From Trichodelitschia bisporula (Eukaryota): a stretch of DNA of 64,000 nt. The notes beneath the pieces are model-generated. The model was not told where the DNA came from and made no database searches. It saw only the letters and a list, made by a program, of their open reading frames with translations. The translations under genes and the position numbers were made by a program. Each line of letters begins with the position of its first letter. Within the stretch, counting starts at the first letter, position 1. Below, one piece after another: positions 1 through 11,235 of this stretch. The stretch is from the NCBI GenBank assembly GCA_010356995.1, contig ML996687.1, forward strand, positions 1,799,803 to 1,863,802, given 5' to 3'.

Positions 1-158
1 TCGAGAGTCTATCACTTCCAGTGACAACGCACGACTGTGAACGATACAGCAGTGCCAATGCTTTGGCTACAGCTTGATACGTCATAGGGTTCAGAAGAGA
101 GACCGTCTCATCGTCATGAAGCTTGCTCTGCCTATTGAAAATTCAAAACTCGCTCGAC

Positions 159-458
159 TCAGGCTCCACCCTCACGCTTTGCGTACTCGTCCTCAATGCG
201 CCCTGCGTACTGTCTGTCCGCATCGCTTTCGGGTAAGGTTAATGCCGCGCGGACCGATTCTCCTTCGGCCGGATAGTAGATGGCCTCTGCTTTCGGCTCC
301 TCTCCCGTCCGTTCGGAGGTGGTGTAAACTGTTGTGCCTGAGGGGTCGGAAGCCGTGATTTTGGTGCGATGGGCCTCTTGCGGTTCCGCTCCGTTCACCG
401 ACGCGGAGAAAGAGGAGTTGCTGATGGAAGCCGATTTGAAGGTTGACTGAAAAGGCAT
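159..458 (-). CDS. Small conserved fungal protein (about 99 aa) ending in ...RIEDEYAKREGGA
   Basis: ATG at 458 (MPFQSTF...), single exon. I recognise the C-terminal IEDEYAKREGGA as a motif of an uncharacterised Pezizomycotina family. Confidence 0.7.
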   Translation of the reverse strand: MPFQSTFKSASISNSSFSASVNGAEPQEAHRTKITASDPSGTTVYTTSERTGEEPKAEAIYYPAEGESVRAALTLPESDADRQYAGRIEDEYAKREGGA

Positions 459-1263
459 GATGTTTATATCGAGGTGGTCAAGATGTGAATTGCGGCTGCA
501 GACAGAAGGCATGGATCCTTTTTATGTCTGTCGGCAAGGGACATAGGTATGACGTCCGCCTCGTCATCGAGCCGCCCTGCACAGCGGAGCATGCTCCGTC
601 GTCTTCTCTTCAGCCTCCTCCAAGCCATTGCGTCATTAAATCTCAATAGTCGCACTCAGCCTTCTCGAACTCTTGTGACCCCGCAATACGCAATTCATCC
701 GCCGCGGTCCAGTGCCGGACTCTGGGGCAAGCCTCTGCCGCGTGCACACCGCCGCAGGTTTTCCTCCGGAACGAAGCCGAACAGCTAGGGCTGACCTGCG
801 TTCGGTTTGCCTTGCGACTGAAACAGCACCTCATCCCTCGTTCTTTAACCTACTCTCGCTCCTCTGCTTGTTTCCGTTTAGCACCTCGGCACCCAATTTC
901 ACTATCCCTGGGAACTGTTTGACAGCCTTCGGGAAGCTAGCCGGATTGGGGTACTCTACGTACTGCTGTAGCCGGAAGCACGGTTACGCATATGTGGACT
1001 GAATGTTCCGCGGACGTGGACCGGGATGGCACGCGGCGAAGCTCTAATCCAACGAATGCCGAACTCGTTTGAGTGGTTCTGCCCATCTAAAATAAATATA
1101 AAATGCGTCCTCTGGTCGCCAGGTATCCGCCTTAGCGTATTGACGCGACGTCGCGAGGCTATATACGGTGCCACTCCCACTGCTCACCATCCCCTCGCAA
1201 CATCAACACTCCACGGGAACCCAACAGTCTCTACTGACATCCCCCACACTCCTTCAAGGCACA

Positions 1264-1758
1264 ATGAAGTTCTCCAACCCCCTCCTCCTGGCCGTTGCCT
1301 CCCTCACCGCCGCTCAGACCACAACCCCGCGAACAACCCCCGTCCTCGGCGCCGTCGGCATAGCCGTAGCCTCCATCCCCAACTCCGTCAAATTCTACAC
1401 CGAGGTGCTGGGCCTCAAGCCTACGGGGCAGACCTACAACACGCCGCAATTCGACGAGGTCGTGCTCTCGCTGCCGTACCCCAACGCCGGATCCGCGATC
1501 GTCCTGATGCAGTGGAAGACGCCGAAGAATACCACCAATATCCCCGTCAAGCTAGCGTTTTATGTCCCGGATGTTAAGGCGCAGATTGAGAAGATCCGTG
1601 CGGCTGGAAAGGAGATCGTGCTTGAGCCGGGGTCGGGGAAGATTGGCGGCGTGACGCTGCCGACGGCCATGGCGAGGGATGTGGATGGATACCTGTTGGA
1701 GTTTAATCCGCTTTCGCTGCTTACGGCGGCTCCGGCGAAGAAGCCGGGGCGGGTTTGA
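1264..1758 (+). CDS. Secreted glyoxalase/bleomycin-resistance (VOC fold) protein
   Basis: ATG at 1264 with signal peptide MKFSNPLLLAVASLTAA. VOC motifs SVKFYTEVLGLK, KLAFYVPDV and ARDVDGYLLEF. TATATA at about 1160. Intronless. Confidence 0.85.
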   Translation: MKFSNPLLLAVASLTAAQTTTPRTTPVLGAVGIAVASIPNSVKFYTEVLGLKPTGQTYNTPQFDEVVLSLPYPNAGSAIVLMQWKTPKNTTNIPVKLAFYVPDVKAQIEKIRAAGKEIVLEPGSGKIGGVTLPTAMARDVDGYLLEFNPLSLLTAAPAKKPGRV

Positions 1759-2127
1759 GTCCCGGGTCGTTCTGTGCCAGTATCGGCATGGGGGAGGGAA
1801 GGAGGGAGGGCCTAGGAAGTGGGAAGTGGAAGGCTATACAAAATGAAAACTTCTGGCTTTAACGGCGGGCAAGCCTCATGCAAGCAAGTTGGTAATGCAA
1901 AGCCAAAAACGGCAACTGTTACTTTGATTCGGGTAATCGCACCAGAACCGGGGTATCACTCTCCAGCCGTTCCCACTAGTCGTGTTTCTCGGAATCCAAC
2001 TGAGAGACCAAAGAAAGAAAACCCTCCCTCGGGCGACGAGCAAAAGACTACCATAACGCCGAAAAGTCGGACACTTCCTAAAGCGATATGTCCAAGTCCA
2101 CGCTCAAAACGCTCATCTGCCATATTC

Positions 2128-4949
2128 TCAGACCATGGGCCTTCCTTCTCCCCACCGCTCAAACGACTGGATGCGTTCCTGAACTTTATTTCCCGGCCTT
2201 TGAGGATGGAAAAACTCAGCAGGAGGAAGAGGCGTCGACTTCATGCCTGAACTCGCTGCATTGGCCGAGTCGTGTGCTGAAGTGGGGTTTCCATAAAAGT
2301 GCGTCGACTTCGGGCGAGGTAGCGAAGCCTGAGCCCTAGACCTCTCCGGTACCTGACTCGGCTCATAAAAGGTCCTGGGATTAGCCGCATCTGCGGACGC
2401 CCGCTCTCGGCTCTTCCATAGAGCTAATTTCGAAGCCGCCGCTGAATCCATGCCCTTGGTAGGAGCTGCGCAAGCTTCGGAGGCACCCATTTGGTACGGG
2501 TGCCTGGGCACAGAAGTTGAGGATTTACGTGGTAGAGTTGAGAACGTAATATCGTAGGGCGATGCTCCAAGAGACTTCGCTATATCTCCAAAGTCTGCAA
2601 TTCTCATGGGAGCAGCCACTCCATCCATCGATGATACGGTGTTGCGAGGTGGAGAGGCCCACATGGATCGTGAACGGGAGTGCTGCACTCTACCAAAATA
2701 CTTTCCCTGAGCTTTCGACTTGGAACTGGACTCCACTTCATGGAAGTATGTGGCTGGGATGCTTGTGGAGACCTTCCGACCCAGACTGTCCGAACTGCCT
2801 TTTGACGCCGACCCGGAGGTGTTTTCGTACGTGTGGGCCAGATGCTCCATGGACGGGTTTGCAGCAAGACGACTGGATAACCTGGAAAGGAGTGCCGGTG
2901 GTATGGTAGGAATGTGACTACCTTCCAGAGGCCTTTGATCTCGCATGGTCGACGTAACTTGCACTGACATTGGTCGTCGTTTCTGAAGCTTCTTCTGTGC
3001 AAGGCTAGCCTTTTCCGTAGGTGAAGCGACTGTGGAGCTTTTGACCGATGACATGACGGACATAGTGGGGGAAGCCGGGTCGTGGGATGGCGACTTGACA
3101 GATAGATCAGGGGAATTCAAGATGTCTTCCGACGGGCCGAGCTGCATCTGTGCTGCAACATCTTCAGCAATAGCCAAGGACCGGACATGTGTGGTTCTGA
3201 GTTGCACAAATCCGGCGGAATCGGTGCTATAGCGAGAGTACTTTCTGACTTCGTCTTCCTCTACTGATTTTGTCTGCGACAAAGGAGTGCCGAAATTTAC
3301 TGCAAAGTCGGAAGCATGGTCAGCCAACGATGAATAGCCAGAGTCGGATTTCGGTTGAACCGGACGCTTCCAGGAACCTTCGAAGGGGCCATGCAGTGGT
3401 GGATATGGCACTTCCTCGTCTCTTCCAACCAGAATCCCCAATGCGGCACTGCGCGAATATCCGACAGAGCCCACACCCTCATCTATTTCATCCCCGACCT
3501 CATACGAAAATGTTCGACGGAGATTCGGCATGCTTTGCCGATGGGTAGACGACTCGAATGGGCTCGAAGGAATTTCCGCCATGTATTGTGAAGCAAGAAA
3601 AGAGGCACTCAGGGGAGTATGTCGCGCAGCGATATGGGGCGATTCCGAATGAGCTTCGTGGGCCATGAAAGCCTTGATATGATCAAAATTCTCTTCAATC
3701 GGTGTGGATTCTGAGCTCAAGTCATAGCCAGAATCGCGCGAAAGTATGGACTCGGTATCCAGCCGCAACTGACGCCTCAGAGGGCTGCCAGACCTCGCCC
3801 GAGAGCCTTGGCCCCCAGGGCTGCGTGGCAAGGGCGGTACCGGAAACGGAAGCCCAACCTGCGGTGAAGAATAAGGGGTGGCCGATACGACAGCACCTCT
3901 TTCTGTGTTGCGTGGAGACCGTGTATCCAGTGTGAAATAGTCGCCATCGCTGTGCAGGTCGGCTTTAGAAGGCTTCGGTGTCGCAGCCCGAGAAATCACG
4001 CTCAAAGTTGGTGAAGCCGGGCCATTAGTTACGATCAACGACCCAATCTTTAGGGGACCAAGGTGTGAGTACTCCATGTCACCTGGAGTTTCAGCACGCG
4101 GAGCAGATTCGGATTCGCCATCAAGGCGGATGAGTTTGGTAAGAGGCGATGCGCATATCATCTCAGGCTTCCAGGCGCTCTGGGATGCTGAAGGACCATG
4201 GAACACTTGAGAAGGAGTCTGCGATGACCGGTTTGGTCCGGTCCGTCGGGACGCGATTCCAGGCATCGCGAGAGACGTACGGCGAATGACGGCGGCAGTG
4301 GCCAGCGTACTTTCAACGCTAGCATGAGTACGGGACGTGGCCTGCTCAGGGAAGCCCTCGGGAAGCAGCGCGGTATCTGTCATATGTTAATCACGATAGT
4401 CTTCAAAATCTTGGCGAGGTACTTACGTAGTGCCGCTAGATCGTCCGGGGTGGCAGTCTTTCGAAGCTCGGCGAGGATGGCTACTGCAGTTTCCAGGGTA
4501 ACCGCACGATTTTCCGACTCAAGCGCCGATCGTGAACGATCAGCTAAGCCGGTGCGCGACGAGGCGGCACGGAGCAGATGAGTTCCCACGGAGCCCTTTG
4601 TTGAAAGTCGGCGCGCAATATGCGAAGCCAACTCCCCATAAGTCTGGTCGTCCTCGCTTGCCGTGGAGCCGGTACTTAGCGACAGTCGTTGTGAGCGCAC
4701 CGGGCTAACGTGATCGATGTTTCCCTGGTCAATAGTTGAAGAACTCGACCCAGCCTCATAGGAACTGCCGATTCCTGCAGGATTGGGCTTCGAGGGGGAT
4801 TGGTATGTCCCATCCTTCGACCATCGGCTGCAGCTACCGTGTCCATCATCCAGACTCGAAACGGTACTGTGGGAGCTTCGGGCAAAGGTTTTCGGCTTTG
4901 AGAGCTTCGTACGCTCTCGCGGGTCCGGATGAGACTGAGAGTTACCCAT
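2128..4949 (-). CDS. Large Ser/Pro-rich low-complexity protein with an N-myristoylation-like start (MGNSQS)
   Basis: Exon 1 4949-4427, intron 4426-4377 (GTAAGT...TTAAC...ACAG), exon 2 4376-2128. This joins the 189-aa and 751-aa ORFs. Contains LETAVAILAELRKTATPDDL and LKIGSLIVTNG blocks. Confidence 0.75.
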
Positions 4950-5559
4950 GGTAATAGCAGGTCTCTGTTATACGCATGAAAGTTGATATGTTGAAGAGGA
5001 TAGCGAGATCAATCACCAGGTCTTAGCGCTGAGGAAAGGCCGTCCGCATGGGAACCATGCTCGTACAGTAAAGTGTATGAGATGGATAGGAGAAAGTGAT
5101 GAGCAAGGGGAGGGGTAGGTGGGATGAAAAGACGGGGAATTGAGGGGGAATTGAGGGGGGAGGTCAAGGTCAAGACGTATGTTTTCTAGGATGGCCCAGG
5201 TGCCGTTTGAGGTGTAAACAAGGAACCTGGAAGGCGCCAGGCTGCGTGGCGGTGGCTTGTGGCTTAACCGCTGCGGTTGTGGCTATGACGGAGATTTTTC
5301 TCCAATGATTGGTGGAATCTGTCCCCACAAAACCGTTTTCGGCCGTGAGTTGTGGATCAAGGAATCTTATCGGCGCGGATCATCCTACATTCCCTCATCC
5401 AACAATTTTCTGACCCACCCCCCCAGATAGCACAACGCGTCGCGATACTGTACAGCGCAGCTCTTCAAATTCTGTCACCAGTGCCCCTTCGCCTGAGCGC
5501 GACTGCACTTAGCACCACCTCCCACTGCGTCACGATCGGCCACGGATCATACTGCGACA

Positions 5560-6003
5560 ATGAAGCTCCTAACCCTTAATTTCCTCACCTGCGCCCGGAA
5601 AGCCTGTAAACCACTCCCAACGTCGTTTCCCCTCCACCCCGCAGACGCCACACTCGCCACCACAGAAACCGCCTTCAGCCCCGCCTTCCTGCGCAACATC
5701 CTCCCGCGACTGGACTGGCCCGCTCTCAAGGGACTATGCGACGAGCTCGGGTTGCCAGGAGTCGGGGACGAGGCGCCGGGGCCCGAGGCACTGTTCGAGG
5801 ACGGTGAGCTGCCGGAAAGCGATGAGGATATTGTTGGAGAAATCGAGGCGGGCAAGCGGCCCACGAAGTTGGCACACGATCTGCATCAGCTGCTTGTGGA
5901 AACGGTGATGCTGGAGGGGAAGCTCGTGTGTGCGAGTTGTGGGCATGAATACGCGGTCAAGGAAGGGATTGCGAACTTCCTGTTGCCAAGCCATTTGGTG
6001 TGA
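5560..6003 (+). CDS. TRM112: Trm112 methyltransferase activator subunit
   Basis: MKLLTLNFLTC...FLRNILPRLDWPAL...EGKLVCASCGHEYAVKEGIANFLLPSHLV matches the Trm112 pattern. Confidence 0.95.
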   Translation: MKLLTLNFLTCARKACKPLPTSFPLHPADATLATTETAFSPAFLRNILPRLDWPALKGLCDELGLPGVGDEAPGPEALFEDGELPESDEDIVGEIEAGKRPTKLAHDLHQLLVETVMLEGKLVCASCGHEYAVKEGIANFLLPSHLV

Positions 6004-6656
6004 GGCACTGGAATGGCAAGCCGAATACTTTGATGGGAAGAGATAGACGGGTCACTATCGAAGAAGTGGACGAGGTCGGCACGTTTGGCAGAAGGGATCT
6101 TGGTCCTTCTGTTCTGTGGGATTGCGTACTCGACCTGGCCTCCTATCCATTGTGGAGGAAGGCACTTGATGAAAAAGACACTCGAATAATGACGGGGGAA
6201 GACATGTTGTGTACCGAGACGACTAGCGGCTACATATACATGTAGGCTAGGACGTGTGGCGTACGGTGGTGTTTGGTCTCGCTCGGGCAGCCTCGAGGCT
6301 GAAGATCAAGCATGGACAAGCGAATTTCGGAACGAAGTTCAACCTCGAATCCAAATTCAAACCGAACAGATCTCGTGAAACGAGTGCTCCAAAAAGTCAA
6401 GAACCACTACTAAATATACAGGTGCAAGATGATGTACTGTCCCATGACGGGTAACACCCCAACCGAAATCGTCAGGGCGGTAATACCGAGGTCGTCTACG
6501 GGACCCCGTATTTCGTCCAACGACGACCGATACCGAAGGCAACGCTCCAAACGCATTACCATATATATATCATCTCTCCGCCCTCCAACAAGCTCTCCAT
6601 CACCAATCTCTCACCAACCGTCCCCCAACTCCGATATCCTCGCCTCCATCATACAT

Positions 6657-7249
6657 TCACAAAACGACGGCCAACAAGCCCACAGCAGCAGCCACTCCTA
6701 GGCCAACACCTTCTACCGCAGCCGCATTTTTGGTTGCCGCCGCCGCCGTCCCGCTCGCCGCACTGCTGACCTTCGGTGTAGTGGTTGCAACTGTGGCATT
6801 GGAGCCCGCACCCGAGGGCGAGGAAGTCGGGCCGGCGTCGGCGCTGGAGCAGCCTGCGGCTGAAGGGAGGGCGACACCGGCGGGCGCGCAGATGTCATGA
6901 GCGAACTGGATGGTCTCTGTGGGGGCGAGGGATTAGAGGCTGGTCAAAAACGAAACAGGGAGATAGAGGACGATGAAAGACTCACTCTTCTGATCGTCTT
7001 CCGAACAAGCCTTAGACACGCAGCATGAAAGCGTGTTGATCCAGTCCTTCGACGCGCATATGCAGTTGACGTTGATGTTGGAGCAGCCCGTAGTTGTGAG
7101 CCCAGTTCCGACGCAGGAGGTCTACGGGATTAGCGGCACCGAGTGTACAAAGGAGCGACACATACAGCGCATTTGGGCAGCTGACTCAAGTCCGGAGTTT
7201 GCGCGATGACGGACGCGGCGAGCGCGGCAATGAGGAAGGCGGCGCGCAT
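6657..7249 (-). CDS. GPI-anchored CFEM-domain cell-surface protein
   Basis: Missed by the ORF track. Exons 7249-7166, 7121-6986 and 6916-6657; introns GTATGT..CTAAT..TAG and GTGAGT..CTAAT..CAG. Signal peptide MRAAFLIAALAASVIA, CFEM Cys pattern PKCATSC-x9-CSNINVNCIC...CCVSKAC...DIC, Ser/Thr/Ala stalk and hydrophobic GPI tail NAAAVEGVGLGVAAAVGLLAVVL. Confidence 0.9.
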
Positions 7250-10200
7250 TGTTGGTGTTGTGAAAGGGGTTGAGACTGGCAGTCGGAAGGCGGTCGAAGA
7301 TGGAATGTGTTATTGCGTCCAAGTGAGGGGAAAGGGTGGATGCGGATGGATGAGGAACGTCTGGATGGGGAACTGGCTAATATGTGCAGAGTGCGAGAGA
7401 TGATTGTCAAGAAGGTACGGGCTCGAGCTGAAATGCCCTTGGCCCTCTTGTTGGAGGGGCGCCCCATGGGGGCGGCATTTCCCGCTCTGGGGATTCAGTC
7501 CTGATGCGGTGTAGCGTGACAGGCTGGTGGGCGGGCGCGATGGTTAGGGTTGCCGAGGTGGAGCGGGTTCCTTGCTTGAGCTTGGCATCAGAGAAGGATT
7601 TCTAGGCTAAGGGGCTTTGTCTTTGTCGGTTAATATATCGCGATGATGGGACATTTCGAACTGTAGATCCAGAGGCCTGGTTCCTTTGGCTAGAAATGAG
7701 GGGTCGGCGTCGCCTTTAGGCGGAAGCTCTCAGTTAGTGATATTTAACTATCATTACCGTAAGTCTACAACTTCACCATGGGAAGTTGGCTACAATGGGC
7801 GGGACGTGGACCGACTACGATATACCACCCCGCAACGTATCTGGTTATCCAGAGTAGATTTACGGACGACGGGGTTGACGAGTATGCCAGATGGGCGATG
7901 GCTCAGCGTTCCAGAGTGAACTAGAGGATATATATACGGACAACGACGAAAACTCCGCGAAGAGGGCCGGTCAGAGTAGCAATGCCTGGTAGTAGAAACG
8001 GATCAACGCTCTGGTGTAAGCAGACTTCAAGCGCAGAACCCGAGGCAATGGATCAGGATTGAGAGCATCTGTTTATAGTGACAAAGGTGCTCTTGGTGAA
8101 GAACGACACACTGCCTGGGGGTGTTTACACAGTCAGTCCGGCTTACGTTTTGTCTTCGCTTCGCAAGGTCCTCATTCAGTAGACACTGCGTCGAACTGCG
8201 GAATATCGTGAGATCTAGAACAATGATCCGGTAGTACCCGCTGGGTAGGCGTAAGCCAGATCCAAGGCTCACACTTTCCCATTGATGCTGAGCCCCATGG
8301 ACCGTAAGCTGCGGAAACCCCGTCTAATAAACGGCGACGGCGGCGAATAGTCGCATCATACATACCACAGTACTGTGATACGGCCGCAGCGTACAGCATC
8401 CTTACGGCGCATCCCGAGAGAATCGCGCAGATCGACGGTTGAAGGCCTCAATTCACGATAAAGACGGAAGAAGTACGGAGCTGGCAAGATTAGCCATCCA
8501 ACCAGACCCAACGCTCTATAAAGAGAGGACTGGCCGAATAGTAGGCAATTTCGCCCTCTCAGTGCAAATTGACGGCTAGTTTCGAGTGCTCGCTTCGGCT
8601 CACTTATTGGCGATTTTCGCCCTGGGGATCTGATCAGCAAAGAGCGACGCGCAAGGTAACTGCGAGGCGAATCTATGCCATCTCGTTGGGCTGCGGTGGC
8701 CGCGGTGGAGGCTGCGCGCGTGCTGTTGGGTGTCGTCGCAAGCAGCGATGAAGCGCGCGGCGTGGCCGTCGGCGATGATCATTAATCGCGCAGCCATGCG
8801 ATAATCTGACCCAGCAGAAGATGCGGGCGTCAAGGACTCATCCGTCAAGATTTGGGCAGTCTGCACTTTAACAGTTTGACAGGTTGAAGCGGACAGAGCC
8901 AGGGAACAACTTTGCTCTCTAGCCAAGGATGGGCTCGCAAATCCGGTTTGGCGTCGTAGCCTCAGCGAGGCTGTCGTGCTGCGCCTCACCATCCAGTTGA
9001 TTAATTATTCGCCTCTGACTCACGAGCCATAATTCAGAGTGAGAAAAAGGGAAAGGGGTGGGGAGCTTGGTAGACAAGGCATTATTTCTCCACCCCTCCT
9101 CACCGTCTTCTACCCTCACCGATTCAAACTGGTGAAGCGTGCGACGGAGTACCATCTATCCCGTATCCCCAAGCCCCTGGTACATCCTGGTGGATGACCA
9201 CAGAGCCGCAGACTGGGGCTTTGCCCCCCCCCCACCACCGACCGCCCCGTGGCCGCCATGAGTCGTGACTCTCCATCGTCATATCTCGGTCAGGACTCAG
9301 GAATGAGGCATCGGGCTCGGGGGGGCGTGCGTGGGGGTAGCGGAGCTGAAGATGCTAGCAGACGTGAAGCGGCATTGGGCGGTTACGAGCCGTATTCGAA
9401 GCGGTACCGAATGCTCGGCCGCCATCCTCGCCAGCTTTCGGCAATTGTGTCGCGGCGGTGGAGCAATAATTGGGGTCGGACTGGGAGGGAGTTCTCGTCA
9501 CTCGGCGGCCTCACGGCCTCGTGGCCAAATGGTAAAACGTAGAGCATCGAGAGACGACAGCACATCGGCACTTTGGGCATGTTAAATCCCAACATCGGCC
9601 TCGCTGTTGGCCCAAGGAGTCGTCTCCTGGGTGCCGACGGGCAGGCACTGAGAATCGCACAGCCGCTGGGGCGCTCGATCGGGGCGTGAGGCGTGATGAG
9701 GCGCAGGCGCAGGCGCGAGGAGCATATTGAGGCCTGAGGGGAAAGAGTTCGAGTGGTGGGGGTTTGGAAGGGGCCGATGTTGTTTCTTGACGTGAAGGGC
9801 GTGCTGCGGAGGGCGTCTGGTTGTGGGGCGCGATTGAGCGTTGAGTGCGACTTGCTTTCTCGTGCCCACAACCCTCACACACACCCCAATGTTCCACCCC
9901 CGCGCATGCAATGAGTGTCAGCCCTGTCTGACGCAAAGCTGATCCAGGGGAAAATTGGCTAGGGTGGGGCCGACCAGTCGGGCAACGTGGAACGCACATT
10001 TGTTATCCCACGGATGTACGATGAGGATGCACAGCTCATGGCAGCGGCTGATGCACGCAACACGCAGCTTGCATCGTCAAAGCATGTCGTGGAGCCAGCC
10101 GTTTGACGCATCATTATGTCCGCTCCCGCTCCCCGCAGTATTCTGTGGTTGTGTTCCCGGTTCACCATGTTCCGGAGATGCGCGGTGAGAAAAGAAGAGG

Positions 10201-10996
10201 ATTTTCCTAATAGGCACCAGCAAGCGTCGTACTGGAAACCTCAATTAGGACCATTCCGACGCACTTTCGAGCGGTTCACTTTCTTTCGCCGCCCTTCCAT
10301 CAGCCCGTATCAAGTATTCGTCAATGGACTCCATCAGCGTGACCGAGCACAACTGGAGCCTCCGCATCGGCCGACAAATCCATGCAAGAGTCACACTCGC
10401 AGCATGTTGTCGGCGAGCCCTCTTTCGGGAGCTTCCCCAGCAAGGCAAGGCAGCAATCCGCCCAAAAACATGGCCCTGAAAGGCGGGCGTGAGGCTTGTC
10501 CGGCGGCTGTTTGAACGTACTTGTCTGCATTTTCCGCCCATTTACACGCACGCAGGCTGTGCTAAAACGATGGGAGCGGCCAGGCATCTACAGCAGTACG
10601 CCATTCTAGGCACGGTGTAGAGCTTCAAGGGATCGCTGGGCAGTGCCCCAGGTGCTAACACTCCCCCGTTGTGACAGAGGCCGCCGGTATACTTCTAATT
10701 CGTGTTTAAATATCTGGAGGCCTGGGGCTCATTCCAGATGACCATTCTTGCAGTTCGCATCCATCCCTCAATCCTAAAGCCAGTCATCGCCTTAAAGATA
10801 TAAAAGCTTCTGAGCTGCCTCTCCGCCTGGCGACATTCGCCATCCAACAATCAACATTCAAACAGCCTTCTCCCAGAGACCTAAACCATCATCCGAAAGA
10901 TATATAAGTCACCAGGCCTCCAGCCTCGTCCCATCTTCTTGCCTCATCAACACCGGCACTCAAACTCTCCATCTCAAACCTCACATCGTCAACAAC

Positions 10997-11235
10997 ATGA
11001 CTCTCCAACTCACACTCGCCTTCCGCCCCGCACCCATGCGGAACATGAAGATTGCCGGAGACGACCAGCCCGTCGAGCCCGGAGGCAAGCGCATGCCTCC
11101 TCGGCCGCACCGGCGACGCATGCCGTCGGACTACGACGATGACGACGAGCAGCCACGCGAAGGTGGTGGTGAGTTTACTTCATGTTCCTGAATTAATGAT
11201 GATGCAGCCTGCTAACATCCTAATCAGGCCGGTAA
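10997..11235 (+). CDS. Candidate 59-aa spliced microprotein (MTLQLTLAFRPAP...DDDDEQPREGGGR)
   Basis: TATA-like ATATAAAA at about 10798 and TATATAA at 10901, C/A-rich leader, start context CAACATG. Intron 11169-11227 (GTGAGT...GCTAAC...CAG), TAA at 11233-11235. Confidence 0.55.

Noticed and set aside
7542..7552. Telomere-template-like AACCCTAAC on the minus strand (telomerase RNA?)
   Set aside because: Only a 9-nt match, expected by chance, in the CFEM promoter; no pseudoknot or CR4/5 domain was identified.
8059..8096. 12-bp hairpin TTGAGAGCATCT/AGGTGCTCTTGG
   Set aside because: It needs four G-U pairs and has no supporting promoter, terminator or snoRNA boxes; plausible by chance.
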